From the NCBI GenBank assembly GCA_976226885.1, contig OZ320319.1:29884001-29948000 (forward strand): a stretch of DNA of 64,000 bases. Reading direction: 5' to 3'. The notes under the pieces are model-generated. The model worked only from the letters and a program-made list of their open reading frames with translations, ran no database searches and was not told the DNA's origin. This DNA is from Iphione sp. A-MEVVRFRX5 (lineage: Eukaryota). Each line of letters begins with the position of its first letter. Position 1 is the first letter of the stretch. A program made the position numbers and the translations under genes. Shown here piece after piece: positions 40,701 to 49,700 of this stretch.

Positions 40701-43700
40701 TCTACCTTCTTATTGTTTTAGGAGTCGTCATACAACATTTTTTTTATCAAAGGTTCCAAATAGGACAGGTGCAGATGCTTTTGTTCATGCAGTTTGTTCA
40801 ATCCTATTGCATCATGGCATGGGGATTTAGCTCAGTTGGTAAGAGTGCTGACTAGCACTGGTCCACTGTTGAGAGGTCACAGGTTTAATCCTAGGCCAGG
40901 GATTCCAGATAATGATCAGGCTGATATTACTGTAGCAACAACCCACAATGGTCCAAACTTAAACAAAGGCCCTTTGTGTATAGGATTCTGTGCCCTATAT
41001 ACAAAAATACCCCAAAAACCTGTTCAAAATAAGAGTAGGGACAACTCTACCTATTCTGGTCTCTCACTTTTCAACAATAGATGGTAGTATGCTACTCCAG
41101 GAGAACACGTAAGAACAGCTAAAATGATAGTGAAATACCTATTTCCTGGGTAAAGGTACAATGGAAGTGAAAATAAAATTGTACATAAAGGTCCTATGTT
41201 TGGCTGGGGTGAGACTATCTAGTAGAGATTTCTGAATTTTGTGTGATAGTGAAGGAAACCTCCTCCTAAAACGACTTCCCTGCTAGTAGATACTTTCACG
41301 ATATTGCCATGCACTTAATCGAGTATTTTTAACATGGTTAGACAACTAAATTCAAAAGATAAGATTTTCAGTTTGAAAAAAAAATCAAGAGTTTACAACA
41401 CATTTGTTTCACATGAATTATTTAGGTTTCTATCTGTTGGAAAAAGAGGGAATTTATTGACATTGGTGATATGAAATATCATACCTAAGTATGTACTTTA
41501 TGAACTTTGTTTATTTACATATATTCCCATTACTCATTTGTGTAGATTGAAAACCAACATTTGGCTTGGAATGCCAAATCGAAAATTGGTTCTCTAGATA
41601 ATGCTAAGCATAAAGCTGCCGGTGGACAAAAGAAGGTAACAGATATTACTCTTTTTAACATATGTTAGATACAGTGTGTGAAACTATCATGTCCATCCAC
41701 ATCGTACACCAAGGTGACTATTTGTGTGGTCCATAGTAATACAATGGTCTTTATTCTTTTTAGAAAGATGACACATAATGAATGGAGGCAAAACAGCTAA
41801 TGTATTTGTGACGATTATGTTGGCACTCCATGTAAACTTTGAGTTAAAAAAACGAAATGAAATTCCACGATCTTTTGGCCTGCTGTTCTTATTCATGTCA
41901 TTTTATGAGGCCAGATCACCCAGCACAAGACGCGATGGAAGGCCAGCTCCAAGGTTGGCTCATTGCAGAAGGCCGGTCACCTCCCGGGGGGAGGGGACAA
42001 GAAGGTACCATACCAGTGCCTGCAGCCTCTTACAATTGCTTTCCCAAGTATTAACGTTGAATTTCCAGAATCCGTCCCCTGCAAAGCCAAGACCTAGACC
42101 CTTGCCAGCGAGTGTTTCTAGGCCTTTTTTTCTCTCACAAACATCCTGTCGCATTATCACTACCCCGTTCAGAATGAATCTTTTTGAGAGCAGGCTTCCA
42201 CCTTTTATGTTAGAAAGTCCGAATAAGCAGGATAGTTATAAAGAAACGCACACAGCTGGTAACAGACATTTAAATCTAAGGCTCTTCAAGTTGAATGCTA
42301 CTAATTGACATAATTGCAACGGTGAGGGCATCGCAACACTCTAATTATGCAACTGGTGACTCTACTTTGTGGTCCGTATCTCCAGTTGGTTAGTATCATC
42401 TAATTATCCTTAATGGTAACAGAGCAACTCTTTTGAGCAAGGCGACATAATCTATCAAACCATCTGTGCTGATAAAAGGATCTGTTGAATAGGCCAGAAA
42501 TCTGCAACTGTTGTCTAGATATTGCAGTATTGTAACACGCCATATTTGATGATGATAGATATAGAGATCACGGTCAGGGATATGTCATTATCCCCTTGTA
42601 ATTTTCCCAAATGTGAATTTCGGTGTTTAAATACTAATGGTCTTTTCGTAGTCACCGTCCTTTCTCTTTTGAAAGCATTGGTGTACAAACCTACTAAACT
42701 TGTTCAGTTTAGCGTGTACCCTCTGTATTGAAGTTTGTTTTCAACACTGACACTCCTTGTTCGAATGCACACATCACTATGTTCAGCATTGACACCGATG
42801 TTCTTTGTGTCATCCACATTTTTGTTGCAACGTCGTGAGAGAGAACGTAGTAGTCAACTGGCTATGAAGAAAGTTATTTACACTTGTGGTTTCTAGGCAA
42901 TTGCCTTCGTGGTCAGCAAAAGATTGAAGCACAAGAAATTATCACCATGTACTCATAAGATTGAAGAGATATTTACTCTACAAGTGACTTTAACTTTGAT
43001 TGTGTAACGAACTCCGGACAGGAACACATAGATACATCTGGCTTATATTCATCAATCTTGGTTTGGTGACGGCGCCCCCTCCCCCACTTTGCCCTCCAGC
43101 ATGCCCTTTCGTGGTGTTATAATTGAGCAGTTTGATATCGTTTTAAATGGTTTGACTGACCGTCTCACCTCTTGTTTTTCTTTCTAATTCTCGAATCCGG
43201 TCCTTATCCGTCTTAAAATTAACATCGCTTTTCTGGTATTTTGTTCTCTTTGTCGATAATCTAGATTGAATCCCATAAAGTGACCTGGAAGGCCCAATCA
43301 AAAATCGGCTCTCTTGATAATGCAACGCATACACCGGGAGGCGGAGAAAAGAAGGTAATCTGTACGGGGCTCTCTAAAAAGCTAAACCATGTAAAGCTCG
43401 TAAAAAAGACAACGGCAAAATTGTATGTAGTGTCAGCTCCCAACTTTCTGTTATATTCCAGGATGATGACACGTGAACTGAAACCACTCAATTTTCATTC
43501 AGATGCTGACGATGTCACCAGCACTATGTTTCGAGAATTGAATTGTACTGAATGTTCATATTTAAAACAGGTCAAATTGAAATTAATCGAAAGGTACAAA
43601 AAGAAAAAAAAATACTGACTTCTGTAGTAAATAACATTATTAATTCAATCTTAACTTTATCTAACCTGATTAATCCACTCAGTACCAGAAAAATAGTTAA

Positions 43701-46700
43701 GTAATTTTGTGGTCAAACAATGAAAGAACGGCAGGATCAAACAGAGATATGTAAGCATTGAACAAAAACAGCAACAAACTCAGTGAAAAAAACTTTCCGA
43801 CATGTTTTTGCGCTTTACTTCGCAGGTCAGGCCGAAGAAAAGAAAATATGGTGCTTCGTATTTGTATTAAATATGCATCAACATAATGCTTTGTAGAACG
43901 GAAAGGAAATGTTCGTCTAATATGGTCTTATTTGTCAATCACCCACCTGCAGATTGAATCTCAGAAGTTGGCTTGGAATGTCCAGTCGAAAATCGGCTCA
44001 CTTGATAATGCAGCACACGTGGCAGGCGGTGGAGAGAAGAAGGTGTGATACTTTGTCAGTGTATAAAAGTGCATCTTATTCTAAAATTGACTGATTTCTG
44101 GAAGGAACAAGTTGTTGTCATTTTGTAGGTGCACTGTGAAGGAAATGAGAGTTCGTTACTGCTTCTTTCTCTTTGCAAACAGGAGCACGGATTGTGCTTC
44201 TCCATCCTCAAGCTTTTGCTATCTACTAATAGTAAGCTTATTTAGAGCAATATTTTTTGGGACCATGTGTAAGAATAAAAGTAAGAAATAAGATGATTGT
44301 AGGATAAGGGCTGTCCCCAAAGTATACTGACGTAATGAAAAGATTGTTAATTTCATGAAGCCTAATTATTTTGAGTTATTTTTATTCCTAGATCGAAAGC
44401 CACAAACTGAAATTCAGGGAGAAGGCTCAGGCTAAGGTCGGCTCGACAAAAAACATGACCCATCAGCCTGGTGGTGGAGAAAAGAAGGTAAGCAGAATGT
44501 TTTACATTATTTCAAAGTCTCATGCTCGTTCGCATTACGCTGTTAACACATGGCGTTGAAGACATAGTAAAAGGAGAGATAGAGAGAAGGTCACAATATG
44601 AGCGGTTTGATCCGTGTTGATTCATGATGAGAATGAGACAAATACAAAAGAACAAAATTTTCCATGAAACAAATGGAAAAGGGAAATTTGGAGTAGGTAT
44701 GTGTACCGCCAAACCCTAATTTTTATGCTGGGTCTCCATCTCCATCTGTGCATGTCTGGAAAATCAGCCGATTTTCTGGAAAAGCACAGAATCCAGAAAA
44801 AACCTGCACACATGGAAAGTAGGTCCAAGGCTAAATACCAAGGGCTCACACATCCAATGTGTTGTATTTCACATTTAAACCATGCCCCCACGAATTTGCA
44901 CTGGAGGCCTGACTACAGGTAACCTTTACTCGTCCATGCCTAAACAGCTGACGCTATGACAAGCAGTAAGACTAATGGTTCCATTTTATGTGAAAGTACA
45001 TTGTACGTGTCCGGGACAGGGCGTCCGACTATAGATGTACCCGAAACCACACATAGAGGTAGTAGAATAGGGACGTGTACTGGAAGGTGGAAATTTCAAA
45101 ATTTTTCTCATGATCAGTTTTCATAAGTGCTTCTCTGCTAACATTAAAAAATTATGAAAGTCATTTTTTGACATACTGCCCACGGACTAAATGCCCCCAG
45201 ATTCATGTGTAATTCTCTTTGATGCATATGTAATATAACATGCAGTATGTTTCTTCAACCAACGCCTTGAATCTAGAATGAGTCATTTTCCCTTGGGCTT
45301 TCGAACATGGAAATTTGAAGATATTTAATGCAATAAAAACAAGGTCCTTGCCTTCTGAAGATAGACAACTTCAGATATGTTGGTCATCAAAGTCAGAGTC
45401 TTGTTCGTGTTTCCAGCCTGTAATAATTGTAAATTTTACACATGCATCTACAGTAAATACTCAAAACTGACAAGCCTTGGTTCGAAGTAAAAGTGTCCAC
45501 ATTAAGGAGATCCCTCCAGTTTTTGATAATAAGTACTATGAATAGCAAAAGTATGATGCCGTTCTGGCCAAAGTTCCCCCATTCTAGCTATGTGCCCCAG
45601 TCGCAGGTTGGCTCAGTAAAGTTGCTCTACTGAATTCACACTGACGTTTTCCAACAGGTAATGACAGGTATTCTCAATTTGCTGGAGAGTGTTATATCCT
45701 GAGACGTTCTACTTATTTTCTTTCGGAACATTCAGTTTGCCTTTCCCGTCTTTATATACTTTCATTTTTTTACCCGGTGAAATGAACTAAATATAGATGT
45801 TCCTTTTGGATTTAATCATTCTTTTTATATACACGATTATGTGAACAGAGGTCCCTTTAAACCGCCAGGCGCTGATATAGGTGGTATTAAGGTGTTTAAT
45901 CCTAGTGGATACGACAAATCTGCATTAAATCACAGTTGGACATGGATTGATGCCAAGTTAATTTGAGTAAAGTGTCACCGTGAATAATCTGCTGCATGAG
46001 AACTTAGACCACAACTGAACTCTCGTCAATACGATTCTCACAATTAACAAGAATAGGCGTAGAAAAGACAAAACTACCCTTACCCAAACGCTATGTGGTA
46101 ATGAATTTTCAGGTATATTTCATAGGCAGGTTCAATGAACTACGGTCGATTCCTTTAGTTGGGTAATGTACATCATCCCAGTCGTCTATACGAGATTATT
46201 TTCCTTGGCTCTTAAGAGGCTTTTCTACACACATGGGCGTCATGTGTATTTTCCAACCTGTGCCAGCCTCATGGACGTGACCGCAGGAAAATTAAGCCTG
46301 TCAACACAGTTTGTAGCAACTGACCATATTTGGCACGAGGATCAGAGATTGTTCTTCGAGTTTACTACACCTAAGGATAGACAGACACTCAAGTTGACGT
46401 ACGTCTATCCGCCTGTTGGATTTAAACCACGCTCCACTTGATCACCCAGGAATAGATTTGACGATGCGTAGCTTCACATCGTGCCCAACCTTTATTCACT
46501 TGGCACCAAACCCTTTGCAGGTGTACGATAGACGGTATCGAATCTGGACAGTTTACTCAAACTGAACGAATCTTTCAAGCGCGTTACACACCTGTAACAA
46601 GTGCTGGAAAGGATCATTGATCACGGGCAGTTCGTGTATTGACATCGATAAAAACATAACGACATGTACATTTGTCAACTGTGATGAAAACGTTTTGGCA

Positions 46701-49700
46701 TACATCTATTTCTCATTGTCCTTAAAGGCTACTAAGAGGAGAAGAGGTCCAAGACGATATGGTTATATAGAGCCGATTATGCTCCATCTGTTGTTCTCAT
46801 GCAAATGCGATTGCATGAAGTTCGGCACACACCGCTAAACATGGGCTATTAGCCTCTCGAGGGGTTCTTGCTTAAGGACTACTGCTCAACATCGAACGTT
46901 AGCTTCACTACTGTATGCAATGGAGGAGGCAACAAGCCGGAAGGGTAATTGTAACAAAACCTGGACTAAGCTTGCCCTGCCTGTTGGTCTAAAACGGGAA
47001 GGCAACCTGCTACCGCTCCAGGAGAGGCTGTTCAAGCTCAATCAGCTTCAGTTGAGGAACCACGGCCGAAACAAGAGGTTTACTGCCTTTCACGAGGACG
47101 GCAGCTCTGTGGCGACGACCCGGCCGCAGGCCTCCGACCAGTGCTGAAGGCAAAGAGACTGTCGTAGCTTAAATAGTTAGCGATGGTGGAGGTGATACCG
47201 GGTCCTCTCTGGCGATTTGTCGCGCACATGTAGCGGCGTGTAGTTGAGGCATTGCTACATGTGGTTCAGTGGAGAGCCTCTTGTATACAGAAGGACTATT
47301 AGTTCAGTCAAAGCCACACGCCCAAGTGTGCATCTACGGCTGGACCTAGCTGACTCAGGCTCCCCGGAGGCAAACTCCTTATCATGACCTTCTGAAGTGA
47401 GTATCAAATGATTCAAACCTGAAATAACACCTGGCATGTTCTAAATGATTAACGCCGATACAATAGATAGCAGCGCTTCTGGATCCATGCTAGAAGAAAA
47501 TTGTTGATAATGTAGCCCGGACTTACATCTGAAATGTGACCATATGGAAACGTATTCCAAACTAGCTCTCCTCCATGAATACTTGCTCCCGGTATGGTGT
47601 GGTGGGTTGTTTCTAATACGGCTTCTTACATGGACACTGAATACTAATACTAATCAGTCAAGAAATCAAGCATACCGACTTTTGACGTTTGAGCATCTTG
47701 TGAGCATCTCGCTTACCTTGCGCTGACCCCATGCTTGCTACATCAATTAACTACTGCTTGGTATCCAAACAACACTGATTATCTGTCACCTGCTGCACTT
47801 CTGGCCTGTGGTAAATTCGGCAAGAAGTATGGGCGACCTGTTACATATAAATGACAAATATTGCATGGTCAGAAATATGTGAGCATCTCTTTCAAAATGA
47901 GCGAGAGAGTAGCATCAGCACTCAGTTTGGACGAGTTCGAGGAGGATGACGATGAAGATGACCAGTTTGACTACCTGCGACGGAAGAGTTGGCCAAGACC
48001 ACCGGATTACAAACATGTAAGAGCTCGTATTGGGTCGCTCAAGGATGCCAGCAGGCCAAGGCCAGGAGGGAATGTTAAGATTGTCAACCGCAGGCTAAGT
48101 TGGTCAAACCAGTCCAAAGTGGGCTCGCTGGATAATCTGCAACACAGGCCTGGAGGAGGTGATAAACCTATTGAAAACCATGTTCTCGCCTGGAGATCTG
48201 AACCTAGGATCGATGCTTTCAATCCTGACTATGTGCCCCGAGGTGGGGATATATATGTTTTAGACGAAAAGCCCAGGTGGAAGGCTGAAGCCGCAGTGGA
48301 TGCGAGAAATGATGGCTACAGACCCTCTGGCGGCAATGTTGCCATATACGATGAGACGCCAAAGTGGAGAGCAGGACCGAAAGTTGAAAGTGTAAATCCC
48401 ACTTATCAAAGGAAAGGTGGAAGTGTAAGCATTATAGATGAAAAACCAAAATGGAAAGCACAGCCAAAGGTAGAAACGCTAAACGTCAGCTATGCCCCAA
48501 AGGGAGGAAATGTTGTGATAGCAGATCAGAAGCTACACTGGAGGGCAGAACAGAAAGTAGATTCCAATAATCATGTTTATAAACCTGGTGGGGGGAATGT
48601 TGAAATTATAAATGAAAAACCAAAATGGAAAGCACTACCAAAAATAGAATCGAGAACAACACATGAGCCTAAGGGTGGTAATATTGAAATATTTTCAGAA
48701 ACTCCCAGATGGAAAGCATTACCCAAAATTGATACTGGCTCGACAGATTATAAACCCAAAGGAGGTGGTGTACAAATATTCAATGAAAAACAAATGTGGA
48801 AAGCAGCCCCTAAAATAGATGCAGGAGACAAGAACTACCAGCCTAAAGGTGGTGATGTGAAAATATTTGAAGAGACACCAAGATGGAATGCTGCTCCAAA
48901 AGTAGACGCTGGCGATAGAAACTATAAACCTAAAAAACAGGAAGTTCAGATCTTTAATGAAAGTATCAACTGGAAAGCTTCCCCCAGGATTGATGTTGGC
49001 GACCCAAATTACAAGCCAAGAGGTGGTCATGTAGAAATATTCACAGAGACACCAAGATGGAATGCTGCTCCAAAAGTAGACGCTGGCGATAGAAACTACA
49101 AACCTAAAAAACAGGAAGTTCAGATCTTTAATGAAAGTATCAACTGGAAAGCTTCCCCTAGGATTGATGTTGGCGACCCAAATTACAAGCCAAGAGGTGG
49201 TAATGTAGAAATATTCACAGAGACGCCAAAGTGGAAGGCAGCTCCAAAAGTAGACGCTGCTAACAGGACTTACAATCCACGTGGTGGTGACGTACAAATT
49301 TTCACAGAGACTCCTAAATGGAAGGTAAATCCCAAAATTGATGTGGACAACAAGAATTATAAACCAGGAGGAGGTGATGTCAAGATATTTACTGAAGCAG
49401 CGAAATGGAATGCTGCTCCAAAGATTGACGTAGGAAGCAAAGATTATCAGCCTAAGAAAGGAGATGTCAGAATCTTCAGTGAAGCCCCCAAGTGGGAAGC
49501 GACTCCTAGAATTGATGCCGGAAGCAAGGACTATACCCCTAGAGGAGGTGATGTGAAAATCTTCACCGAGGCACCAAAGTGGAACGCTGCCCCCAAAATT
49601 GACATTGGCAACGCAGATTATCAACCCAAAAAAGCAGACGTGAAAATATTTAGTGAAACTCCAAAATGGCAAGCAAATCCTAAGATCGATGTGGGTAATA

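Noticed and set aside
42910-42945. GQQKIEAQE resembling the KK-IE junction
   Set aside because: No GS/PGGG core and no splice sites; likely chance.
38292-44487. Regularly spaced similar ~90-bp units as a CRISPR-like or satellite array
   Set aside because: Units are divergent protein-coding exons with AG/GT ends in a eukaryotic gene; spacing is irregular.
45844-45900. [15 protein letters not shown], faintly like an ORF-A unit
   Set aside because: Too short and gapped, with no flanking repeat or splice support.
48719-49672. 317-aa minus-strand ORF (and the other minus ORFs over ORF-A)
   Set aside because: Antisense shadow of the repetitive plus-strand coding sequence; no independent motifs.
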